A DNA stretch of 64,000 nt from an uncultured delta proteobacterium (GTDB lineage: Bacteria; Desulfobacterota; Binatia; Binatales; Binataceae): the NCBI GenBank assembly GCA_963850125.1, contig CAWKKB010000014.1, forward strand, positions 97,284-161,283. Reading direction: 5' to 3'. The notes below the pieces were generated by a model. It saw only the letters and a program-made list of their open reading frames with translations. It ran no database searches and was not told where the DNA came from. The translations under genes were made by a program, and so were the position numbers. Shown here piece by piece: positions 1-7,968 of this stretch (positions within the stretch are counted from its first letter, which is position 1; every line of letters starts with the position of its first letter).

Positions 1-190
1 TGTAGAAATAGCCCGAGTCGCCCGACGGCATCACCGGCGCAAAACTGCGCGAATCGTCGCCGCGCCCCGGCACCTCTATCTTGATCACCTCGGCGCCAAG
101 GTCCGCGAGGTTCATCGTGCAAAACGGCCCTGCCAAAACGCGCGTAAGGTCCAACACTCGAACCCCGCGCAGCGGCTGCTGATCGATCAT
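1..190 (-). CDS. Class III CoA-transferase (CaiB/BaiF-like), N-terminal part; gene runs off the window start
   Basis: My minus-strand translation from ATG 190-188 gives [48 protein letters not shown], the typical N-terminus of this family. Absent from the ORF track because it is open at the window edge. Confidence 0.8.
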   Translation of the reverse strand, partial: MIDQQPLRGVRVLDLTRVLAGPFCTMNLADLGAEVIKIEVPGRGDDSRSFAPVMPSGDSGYFY

Positions 191-263
191 CGGCAATTAT
201 CCTCGTGCTTAGGTCCCAATGAATCTTAAAGTGACGCTTTAAATCAAGCTTCGGATTTTGCGG

Positions 264-1430
264 CTAGCGGCGGCGCGTCCGCGCTTCGCGTGTGCGCATT
301 GCTTCGGCCGGGGTCATGATCAGGCGCGGCTCCTCTTCCGCCTTCTGCTGTTCTTCCGCTGCGACCGTGCCGAGCTGGGTGCGTATGAACGCCTGGAAGA
401 AGAGGACCTTGGTCACGTCGATTCCGTCGCGCAGGCGCGCCGCTGCCGCCGCGGCCCATCCCGCTTGAGCGCGGCGTCCGGCCCGCGCCAGGTAATAAGC
501 GATATCCTCGAACCGCCGCTGGATTCGCCGGCCGTTGTCGCCGCTTGATAGTTCGGCGGTCGCGCGATCGATGACCGCATTCACGCGCTCCTGCTTGTGC
601 ACCGGACTCAGGACGATCACGCTCTCGCCGGCCTGATTGATCTCGTCGACGTATCGCTTGAGGAGCTCGTCCGGCAAACGCCATTCGAGCAGTTCGGGTT
701 CCTTGAGCAGCTCGACTGACGGCTCAGCCGCAACTTCGGCGGCCAGCTCGGCATAAACGGGATGAACCAGCGTGGTCGGAGGTGGCGACGCGATCAACTC
801 GGAGCGCAACCCGAGAAAATTTCCGACCTGGCCGCGGCGCGACTCGGGCGTGTTGCGCCATGCCTCGCACGCGATGAAGTCGGCGACGCGCCAGTCGGCG
901 TCGACCAGCTTCACCTGCGCTCGGCGCTCGAGTTCCACGCGTTCGGAATTCAGCTCGCGCCGCGAGAGTCTTGTGTTCTGCGCGCCGACGAGACCCTCGC
1001 GCTCGGAAATCAGCGCCCACATCCGGATCACTCCGCCCTGCACCCGCGGCTTGACGATCCACACGATGCGCGCGCCCTCGCCGTCAATCGGCGAAAGCAT
1101 CGCCGTTTCAGTGTCGGCGTCGTGCAGTGTGCTGGCTACAGGAGGAGCGGCGGCGGGCGAGTCGATGCCGCGCTGCTTCAGCTTGTACAACGCGCGACGG
1201 ACTTCGCGGCGGATCGCGCCGGACGCGCCGGCTTCCATCTCGACCAGCATCGTCGCCGCCGCAGGGTCCGCGATCGTCCCGAGCGCGCGTGCGATCGCTA
1301 CATCCGCGATGCCTGGCTTGCCCCTGAGCTCGCGAAGTTTTGCGATCGCGTCGGCGGGCGCGGCTGCCGGATCGAAGCCTGCCTCGATCAGCTTGCTGTC
1401 GTCCGGATTGGTATCGGGTGACTTACTCAA
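264..1430 (-). CDS. Hypothetical protein, 388 aa, Ala/Arg-rich, no family recognised
   Basis: Long ORF filling the gap between flanking genes. Overlapping plus-strand ORFs look like GC-rich shadow frames. No motif I can name. Confidence 0.6.
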   Translation of the reverse strand: MSKSPDTNPDDSKLIEAGFDPAAAPADAIAKLRELRGKPGIADVAIARALGTIADPAAATMLVEMEAGASGAIRREVRRALYKLKQRGIDSPAAAPPVASTLHDADTETAMLSPIDGEGARIVWIVKPRVQGGVIRMWALISEREGLVGAQNTRLSRRELNSERVELERRAQVKLVDADWRVADFIACEAWRNTPESRRGQVGNFLGLRSELIASPPPTTLVHPVYAELAAEVAAEPSVELLKEPELLEWRLPDELLKRYVDEINQAGESVIVLSPVHKQERVNAVIDRATAELSSGDNGRRIQRRFEDIAYYLARAGRRAQAGWAAAAAARLRDGIDVTKVLFFQAFIRTQLGTVAAEEQQKAEEEPRLIMTPAEAMRTREARTRRR

Positions 1431-1521
1431 ATGGATGCCGTGCGAAGTCGTGGGAGCCTATGCGCGCGCTTCGCGAACTGTCAAGTTTTCCATGGCAGAG
1501 AGTCGCGATCAACGAAAAAAA

Positions 1522-2028
1522 ATGAAGAACCTGGAAGCAAAGTTCCGTCTATCGAATCACGCCGAGGCCGAGTCGCGGGCGACGGCGCTTGGATACACGC
1601 AGCGCGCGATACTCCATCAGCGTGACACTTTTTTTCGCGTCGCGAATGGCAAGCTGAAGCTGCGCGAAGAAAACGGCAGCGCGGTTCTTATCTTCTACCA
1701 TCGCGGCGAGAGCGGTCCGCTGATGCTGAGCAACTACGAGATTGTGAAGGTCGCCGATCCGCCGCGGACGTTGCGGATTCTCGCCACCGCGCTCGGGCCG
1801 CTTGCGGTAGTTGAAAAGGTCCGAATCCTGATGATGCGCGACAACCTCCGACTACATCTCGACCAGGTCACGAACCTCGGAAACTACGGCGAGATCGAGG
1901 CAGTGATTGCCGAAGGCGACGATCCCGAGCGCGGTCGCAGCGCCGTAGATGAAACCCTCGCAGCGCTGGGAGTCAAAAAGGCCGATCTGATCGACGTGTC
2001 GTACTTCGAGCTGCTCGCGAAGCCTTAA
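1522..2028 (+). CDS. CYTH-domain protein (class IV adenylyl cyclase CyaB / triphosphatase-like)
   Basis: MKNLEAKFRL...LKLREENG...YEIVKV...LHLDQV..LGNYGEIE resembles CyaB/CYTH proteins of about 170-180 aa. In-frame ATG 1492 is an alternative start. The rest of track ORF 772..2028 is antisense to the 388-aa gene. Confidence 0.8.
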   Translation: MKNLEAKFRLSNHAEAESRATALGYTQRAILHQRDTFFRVANGKLKLREENGSAVLIFYHRGESGPLMLSNYEIVKVADPPRTLRILATALGPLAVVEKVRILMMRDNLRLHLDQVTNLGNYGEIEAVIAEGDDPERGRSAVDETLAALGVKKADLIDVSYFELLAKP

Positions 2029-2035
2029 GCGCAAG

Positions 2036-3418
2036 TCATTGTGCGGGCGGTCGGAGCGAATGGAAGGTTTCGAGCGCGAGGCGCTGGATTGCGTGACTTT
2101 CGGATTGACCCAAGGTCATGACGCTCAGTCCCACGACGAGGACCAGCGCCGACACTCCCGCTAACCGGTAGAAAACGTGGCTGTCGCGAATCTGACGGTA
2201 GACAATTGGCATGTCGACGGCGGCGCTCGCCATCGAGGTAAGCACAGCGGCCATACCCGCATTGTCGGGTGTGATTTTCCCGACTGCAGCGAGCGTCGCA
2301 GCGGTAGCAGTGGTGCTTGCGCTGCTCACCAGCCCGCCAAGGATGCTGAGCGCCATGAAGCCGAGCGTACCGAAATATCGCTGTGCGAGAGTGCCCGCGG
2401 CGGCAATTGCTACGAACAACGCAGCGAACTTCAGTACGTGCGGCAGGGAGACCGGTGAGGAGAGAGAAAGCGGGGCGACGCGGGTGCCGTCACGATCTCG
2501 ATGCATCCAAACGGCGCATAGAGCGGCCAGCGTCATCGCAAGCAGAGGGAGCAGGGCGGTACCGACGGCGGCGGGCGCGAAGATCGCGAGGATTACCAGG
2601 TTGCGGACGAACATCGCGACGCTGGTGACCATAACTACGGCGACGGCCACCGACGAACTGTTCACTCCCCTGAAGAGTCCCGAAAGCTCGGCCGCCGCCG
2701 CCGTGCTGTTCACGAGTCCGCCAAGAAAAGCCGCGTAGTAGGTGCCGCGAGTTCCGTAAAAGCGCAGCATCACGTAGTTGACAAAACCAAGACCGGCGAT
2801 GACGACGACGATGAGCCATGACTGCCTGGGATTCAAAAGATCCATGGGATCGATAAATCTGTCGGGCAGCAGAGGATAGATGACGAAAGTGAGCAATCCG
2901 AGGAGCACGGCGCTGCGAATTTCCGCGGGCTGCAATTCGCCGACAAAGCGCGACAGGGGTTCCTTCCATGCCAGCAGCATCGTCATCACGATGGCGGCCG
3001 TGATCGCGGTGAAGTAATGGCCTTGTCCGATCAGCGCCCCCAGCATCAGCGTCACCAGCAGGGCGGCGGAAGTCGTTATTTCAAGCGGCGCATCCCGGTC
3101 AACCACGTATACCGATTCGCGCGCGGCTTTAGCCGGTGCGGATGATTCTGCGGTCGCGAGCTGCCAATTCTTCAAAAGCTGCGCGACGTTCAACAGAATG
3201 ACGAGCAGAAAGGTTCCGCAAAGGGCCGCGATCTCAAGCTGCGGAGCGACCAGGTAAGTCAGCGTCCCGAGCAACGCGATGATGGCGAAGGTGCGGACAC
3301 CGACCGCCTTTTGAGCCCACTCCCGTTCCAGACCTACGAGAAGACCCACGGCCACAGCGAGCGCGATCTTCGATGCAGCGTCAACGTAGAGAAACGGAAC
3401 GACGACGGTAGAAAACAC
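2036..3418 (-). CDS. MgtC/SapB-family N-terminal domain fused to DUF4010 membrane protein
   Basis: AVAVGLLVGLEREWAQKAVGVRTFAIIALLG matches the MgtC motif. It is followed by about 10 hydrophobic helices typical of DUF4010. Confidence 0.8.
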   Translation of the reverse strand: MFSTVVVPFLYVDAASKIALAVAVGLLVGLEREWAQKAVGVRTFAIIALLGTLTYLVAPQLEIAALCGTFLLVILLNVAQLLKNWQLATAESSAPAKAARESVYVVDRDAPLEITTSAALLVTLMLGALIGQGHYFTAITAAIVMTMLLAWKEPLSRFVGELQPAEIRSAVLLGLLTFVIYPLLPDRFIDPMDLLNPRQSWLIVVVIAGLGFVNYVMLRFYGTRGTYYAAFLGGLVNSTAAAAELSGLFRGVNSSSVAVAVVMVTSVAMFVRNLVILAIFAPAAVGTALLPLLAMTLAALCAVWMHRDRDGTRVAPLSLSSPVSLPHVLKFAALFVAIAAAGTLAQRYFGTLGFMALSILGGLVSSASTTATAATLAAVGKITPDNAGMAAVLTSMASAAVDMPIVYRQIRDSHVFYRLAGVSALVLVVGLSVMTLGQSESHAIQRLALETFHSLRPPAQ

Positions 3419-3540
3419 GTCCTGCGATCTCCTGGATCAACTCTAGCGGTGTTCAGTGCACCTCCCCAATAGTTACGCAGTCGCCACAGGAGGCGTTTCG
3501 CAGAAGAGAGCGCGGGGATTCGTCAAACCAGACAGGTCGC

Positions 3541-3998
3541 CTAGAACATCGAGCCCGGCTGAACCCAGATCATGTTGTCGACTTGCTTGTTCGGATAAAC
3601 CGACGAAGCCACGCTCGCAGCGCGATACCTCGCGGCTTGGCCGATAACCTTGCCCGAAAGATAAATGTAAGGTCCGATCACTCGCGCCTGCACGTCATTG
3701 AAGCCGCTACTCAGGAGCTGGGTATTGATACGCTCCTCTTCCTGGGCCCATTTGCCGGTCGTGGTCCGCAGATTGTCGACAACGACGTGACACCGGGCAC
3801 TGCGTTTGCGGTCCCTTCGGCCACCGCGCGATCCTTGTCGTCGAAGACGGTGCCATAAAGCACCACCACGTGATTCGCGTAGCTTCGCAACTCGAGCAGG
3901 AGCGACTCTGGATTGAGCGGCGGCCGCCCGTCCATGCGTGAATCTTGAAGTTGTTGCCGCGCTGGCACGGCGAACGCTTCAAACTGGCAGCGAAACAA
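3541..3998 (-). pseudogene. Frameshifted, 5'-diverged paralogue of the BON-domain gene at 4788..5300
   Basis: About 335 bp (3538-3870) align at DNA level with 4785-5117, including an identical 23-mer (gcctagaacatcgagcccggctg). The product reads VVVLYGTVFDDKDRAVAEGTANAVPGVTS, then loses frame near 3790 (17 nt versus 18 nt in the intact copy). The C-terminal VQPGSMF-stop is in another frame, and there is no signal peptide. Confidence 0.65.
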
Positions 3999-4497
3999 CA
4001 GAGCGGCGGCCTAGTCTGTACGATAGCTGCACGATTAGTGAATGCACCCCGCTTAGCATCGTGGTAACGCGCCCGCAGGCCGATTCGAGCCGGCCCACGG
4101 CCGATCTGCTCCGGATGGCAGCCTTTAAATCCAGGTCATCCAGTTTTGCCAGGGCAGCGCGCCGAATAGTTTCGGTGACCTTGCCAATATCAGGCGCTGG
4201 ATCATCGACTTTCCCGGCGGATGTATGAGTCGACCCGAGCCGGTCAGACGCCTGCGTCTCAAAGCTCTTCATCGATTCGCGAACCTGCCGCAGGATGAAC
4301 ATCGCGTCTTCCTTGCTGTTCGGAATTCCGAGCAGAGATGCGCGCGACAAGGCCTCGAGCTCCTGATCCGTGACGCCCAGACTCTCAGTAGTTTCTAGGT
4401 CGGCGCAGAATTCTTCGAAGATTCTGCCCTGAGTCGATTGACCTTCGATTCGATCGTCCGAGGTCTGTGATTTCCCGAAATCTTCCAAGTCCGACAT
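3979..4497 (-). CDS. Hypothetical acidic protein, 172 aa
   Basis: ORF with a GGGGGAGAG Shine-Dalgarno-like run about 6 nt before the ATG. Local GC is lower than the neighbours, and it lies between the two BON copies. No family recognised; the C-terminal third is less convincing as coding. Confidence 0.5.
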   Translation of the reverse strand: MSDLEDFGKSQTSDDRIEGQSTQGRIFEEFCADLETTESLGVTDQELEALSRASLLGIPNSKEDAMFILRQVRESMKSFETQASDRLGSTHTSAGKVDDPAPDIGKVTETIRRAALAKLDDLDLKAAIRSRSAVGRLESACGRVTTMLSGVHSLIVQLSYRLGRRSVVSLPV

Positions 4498-4787
4498 AAG
4501 TACTCTCCCCCGAGCCGGTATTATTTAATTTCTCGCCGAACGTCTACTTTAATCAGTCACGACTAGTTGACGGGTGAATTAGTTACTAAACTTACTTTTT
4601 GTAGTGTCTATATATTACATGTAGGAGTCAAGCACTGTGCGTCAATTTCCAGGTAGTTTGCGTGGGCATAGACCGTAAGGAACCAGAAAGATTACCTAGG
4701 AGAATAAAAAGTAGTGGAGAAATACACTAAGTAGTGAAGCGAAATCTTCAGCGGAAAATTCCGGCAAACCGGGACAGGGCGGCGTGC

Positions 4788-5300
4788 CTAGAACATCGAG
4801 CCCGGCTGCACGAAAATCATGTTGTCGATTTCTTTGTTCGGATAAACCGATGAAGCCACGGTCGCAGCCCGATCCTTGTCGGCCTGGCTGGTAACATTGC
4901 CCGATAGATAGATGTAAGGTCCGACGACACGCGCCTGTACGTCGGTGAAGCCGCTGGTGAGGAGTTGGGTATTGATACGCTCCTCTTCATCGGCCCATTT
5001 GCCGGTCTTGGTTCGCAGATTGTCGACGACTGAAGTGACGCCGGGCACACTGTTCGCGGTCTGCTCGGCCAGCGCGCGATCCTTGTTGTCGAAGACAGTG
5101 CCGTAAAGCACGACTACGCCCTCGGCCGCCGTGTAAGCCTTTGCGCCGTTGAGTCGAGGGTTGCTGCGCAGAGCGGCTTTCACCCGGTTCATCAGTGCTG
5201 CCTCGCTGTCGGCAAGCGCGAACGACGCTGCACTGACAATAGTCAGGATCAAAATGGCGATGGTTAGAACTGTTCTCGAGTGGTGATGTCGTTTGAACAT
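4788..5300 (-). CDS. Periplasmic BON-domain protein (OsmY-like), two BON domains
   Basis: Signal peptide TVLTIAILILTIVSAASFALA. Two repeats of the BON pattern: VVVLYGTVFDNKDRALAEQTANSVPGVTSVVDNL and YIYLSGNVTSQADKDRAATVASSV. Confidence 0.85.
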   Translation of the reverse strand: MFKRHHHSRTVLTIAILILTIVSAASFALADSEAALMNRVKAALRSNPRLNGAKAYTAAEGVVVLYGTVFDNKDRALAEQTANSVPGVTSVVDNLRTKTGKWADEEERINTQLLTSGFTDVQARVVGPYIYLSGNVTSQADKDRAATVASSVYPNKEIDNMIFVQPGSMF

Positions 5301-5403
5301 GAAGCTGGCTCCGGTAGAGATTGTATGAAAGCTAAGGTCGCATCAGCGATCCGTCAATACGGCGAGCGCCGCGAGCCCAATTTCAAAATTCTCATCTCCA
5401 ATT

Positions 5404-5468
5404 CACTGGGTGCGGGGTCACCGCTGCCCAAGGAGGTGCGGAACCTTGGTGGGTTCCGCGTTCAATCA
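5404..5468 (+). repeat. Family A two-hairpin intergenic repeat, divergent copy
   Basis: cactgggtgcggggtcaccgctgcccaaggaggtgcggaaccttggtgggttccgcgttcaatcaa. The second hairpin gcggaacc/ggttccgc is kept by compensatory changes relative to the other copies. Confidence 0.6.
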
Positions 5469-5480
5469 AGTGATTTCCCT

Positions 5481-7778
5481 TCAAGGCAGCCATGCCCACC
5501 GGAGCTGGCCCTCTGCATCCGCCCGACGCTTGTAGTTGGCGGGCTCCTTGGGGTCGAGCTTGATCGCGGCGTCCGAATCCGCGATCGCGCGCTGGTAGTC
5601 CTTCTTCTGATACCAGACGTCAGCTCGCAGGCTGTAGCAGTAGGCATCGTTAGGATCAAGTTTGAGCGCAATGTTCAAATCTGCCAGCGCGCTATCGTAG
5701 TCTTTCAGTTGGTAGAGGTAGGTGCCGGCTCGATTCACGTAGTTAGCTTGCGTCTCGGGCTTCAATCTAATCGCGGTCGCATAGTCCTGGAGAGCGAGCT
5801 GAACCTGCCCCGCATCGGAGTAGGCGAGGGCGCGTTCACCGTACAACTCCGAACTATTCGGGTTGAGCTTGAGCGCTTGATTGAAGTCTTCGATTGCCTG
5901 TTCATACTTGCCCGCGGATTCATAGGCGACTCCGCGTCGCCCGTAGGTAATGCCGTTGCTTGGCTCGATCCGGATTGCGGCGTCGTAGTCGCGGATCGCG
6001 TCCGCGTAATTTTCGTTTTGCGCTTCCAGGTCGCCGCGCTCGGACAGCAGTTCCGGATTGTTGGGATCGACTCTTTGCCCTCGTTCGACATCGGCGGCGG
6101 CGTTCGCGAGGTCACCCTTCATCTGGAATTTGCCCGCGCGACAGTCGTAGCCGTTGCCGTTGTGCGGATCGATCGCGATCATCTTGTTGCAATCCGCCAG
6201 TCCGTGCGCGTAGTCGCCGCTTAGCTGATAGATCGAGGCGCGACGCCAGAGCAAATCGACGTTGTTGGGTTGGAGCCGGATCGCCTCGGTATAGTCGGCG
6301 ATCGCATCCTGGGTTTTTTTCTGGACGAAATCGATTTGCGCCTTGGTCACATAGTTCTCGGCGTCGTTCGGCGTGAGTTTGATCGCGCTGGCGACCTCCG
6401 AAGCAGCGTGCTGGTAGTCTTTCATCAACGCGTATTGGATAGCGCGATACCGATGCGCGTCGTCATTTGTCGGATCGAGCGCGACCATCCACGTATAATC
6501 GATCAGCGCGCGGTCGTGATCTCCATGACGCGAATAAGCTTCGGCTCGATGCTTCAATAGTCCGCGGCCATTCGGTGCAACCCGGATCGCGGTATTGAGG
6601 TCCGCGATTTCGGCCGCGAAATTCCCTTGTTCGCCTTCGATCCATGCGCGCAGGTCGTAAGCTTCCGCCTCCTTCGGCGCGAGCCTGGTCGCTGCGTCAG
6701 CATCGGGAGCCGCGTGTGCCAGGTCGTGCTTGTAGAGGTACGCCCATGCGCGCAACCGATAGCCGTCGCTGCTCCCAGGAGCCAGCCTGATAGCCCTGCT
6801 CAGGTCTGCGATTGCGCGGTCGTATTGCTGCGCCTCGATATAGGCGGACCCGCGCCACTGGTATGCATAGGCGTCGTCGGGATCGGCCGCGATCGCCAGG
6901 TCGAATTGTTTCATCGCATCATCATAGTGGCCCTGGAGGAACAGGTCGTGCGCGCTTACGAGATGGTCACCCGGCGGCAGGGTCACAGACTGAAGGCTGA
7001 GAATCAGAAACCCGCTGAGGCCCATCAGAACGTTCGCAATGATGCAAGGCATCAATCGGCGCCGCCACAAATACAGCGCGATCAACCCGACCTGGACCGG
7101 CGCAAACATAATTGTGTACCGGAGTCCCCAAATCGGCAGATGAGCCAGCAGGTCGAGAACCAGCGCCGCCGCCGCGCCCGCTGCGACGCTGCCGGTGTGC
7201 GTCCGCAATCTTTCGATCCCGTAGCCGCGGACTGCGAGCTCGGTGGTTATCCCTGCCACGACCACAATCGCAATCGCGAGCCACGCGGGTATCGCACGCA
7301 GATCGGTGAATATGCCCGGCGCCAGCGGCTCGAATCCTTTGGCGAGATCGCCGGCCGCCCCTTGATAAACCAGCGAACAGACGGGCGGTATCGCAATCAT
7401 CAATCCCATCAGGACCAGGTAGGCACCGACGCCGAGCGTGAAGTCGGACGCCACCGGCCAATGCAGTCCGACGCTCTCGAGAGGTAGTTGTTCCCAATAG
7501 CGCACGACCGCCAGAATAGCCGCGAGGATCAGCAGCTCGCCGCACAGCCATGGCAGCCCGATATGCGGTCCCCAGGCCCATCCGAAACAAGCGAATACGA
7601 GATCGACCAGTCCGACGAGAAACGGAAGACCGAATCCGATTGCGAGACCGATTTCGCTCGGCGAGAACCGCCGTCGCGGCTCAGGATTAGCCGGCGCCGT
7701 AACGTTGACGATTGAAGAACTCACCCCGTTTTCCACAGTGCAGAAAGTCTTGCGACTATCACACACAGTTACCAGCAA
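5481..7778 (-). CDS. CPBP (CAAX) intramembrane protease domain fused to a long C-terminal TPR array
   Basis: N-terminal about 270 aa are polytopic, with TTELAVRGYGIERL (EExxxR-like motif). The C-terminal about 480 aa are tandem 34-aa TPR units (AYxxRGxAYxxxxxYDxAIADxxxAIxLxP). The TTG start is uncertain. Confidence 0.8.
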   Translation of the reverse strand: MLVTVCDSRKTFCTVENGVSSSIVNVTAPANPEPRRRFSPSEIGLAIGFGLPFLVGLVDLVFACFGWAWGPHIGLPWLCGELLILAAILAVVRYWEQLPLESVGLHWPVASDFTLGVGAYLVLMGLMIAIPPVCSLVYQGAAGDLAKGFEPLAPGIFTDLRAIPAWLAIAIVVVAGITTELAVRGYGIERLRTHTGSVAAGAAAALVLDLLAHLPIWGLRYTIMFAPVQVGLIALYLWRRRLMPCIIANVLMGLSGFLILSLQSVTLPPGDHLVSAHDLFLQGHYDDAMKQFDLAIAADPDDAYAYQWRGSAYIEAQQYDRAIADLSRAIRLAPGSSDGYRLRAWAYLYKHDLAHAAPDADAATRLAPKEAEAYDLRAWIEGEQGNFAAEIADLNTAIRVAPNGRGLLKHRAEAYSRHGDHDRALIDYTWMVALDPTNDDAHRYRAIQYALMKDYQHAASEVASAIKLTPNDAENYVTKAQIDFVQKKTQDAIADYTEAIRLQPNNVDLLWRRASIYQLSGDYAHGLADCNKMIAIDPHNGNGYDCRAGKFQMKGDLANAAADVERGQRVDPNNPELLSERGDLEAQNENYADAIRDYDAAIRIEPSNGITYGRRGVAYESAGKYEQAIEDFNQALKLNPNSSELYGERALAYSDAGQVQLALQDYATAIRLKPETQANYVNRAGTYLYQLKDYDSALADLNIALKLDPNDAYCYSLRADVWYQKKDYQRAIADSDAAIKLDPKEPANYKRRADAEGQLRWAWLP

Positions 7779-7880
7779 AAATGCGAGCCCTCAGGCCATC
7801 GCGCCCGACCCGGCAATTCAGGCCGCCTCCTCCCCGAACCTGAGAGCGAAATGTCGTCCTCGACATTTCGCGATTAGCAT

Positions 7881-7952
7881 TTTTCACCGGGTGCAGGGGT
7901 CACCCCTGCCGAAGGAGCGTGAAACCCACCGCGGGTTTCACATTCAATAAAA
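7881..7952 (+). repeat. Family A two-hairpin intergenic repeat, reference copy
   Basis: Hairpin 1 is gcaggggTCAcccctgc. A spacer cgaaggagc follows, then hairpin 2 gtgaaacccACCGCgggtttcac, then attcaataaa. Confidence 0.7.
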
Positions 7953-7968
7953 CCCTTCTTTCCCTTAT

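Noticed and set aside
7705-7950. Conserved peptide-like reading (GSPLPKE..GF.IQ) across family A repeats, suggesting a tiny repeated ORF.
   Set aside because: Differences between copies are paired so as to keep the stems. The frames are interrupted or lack starts in other copies. The copies always lie between genes, so selection acts on nucleic-acid structure.
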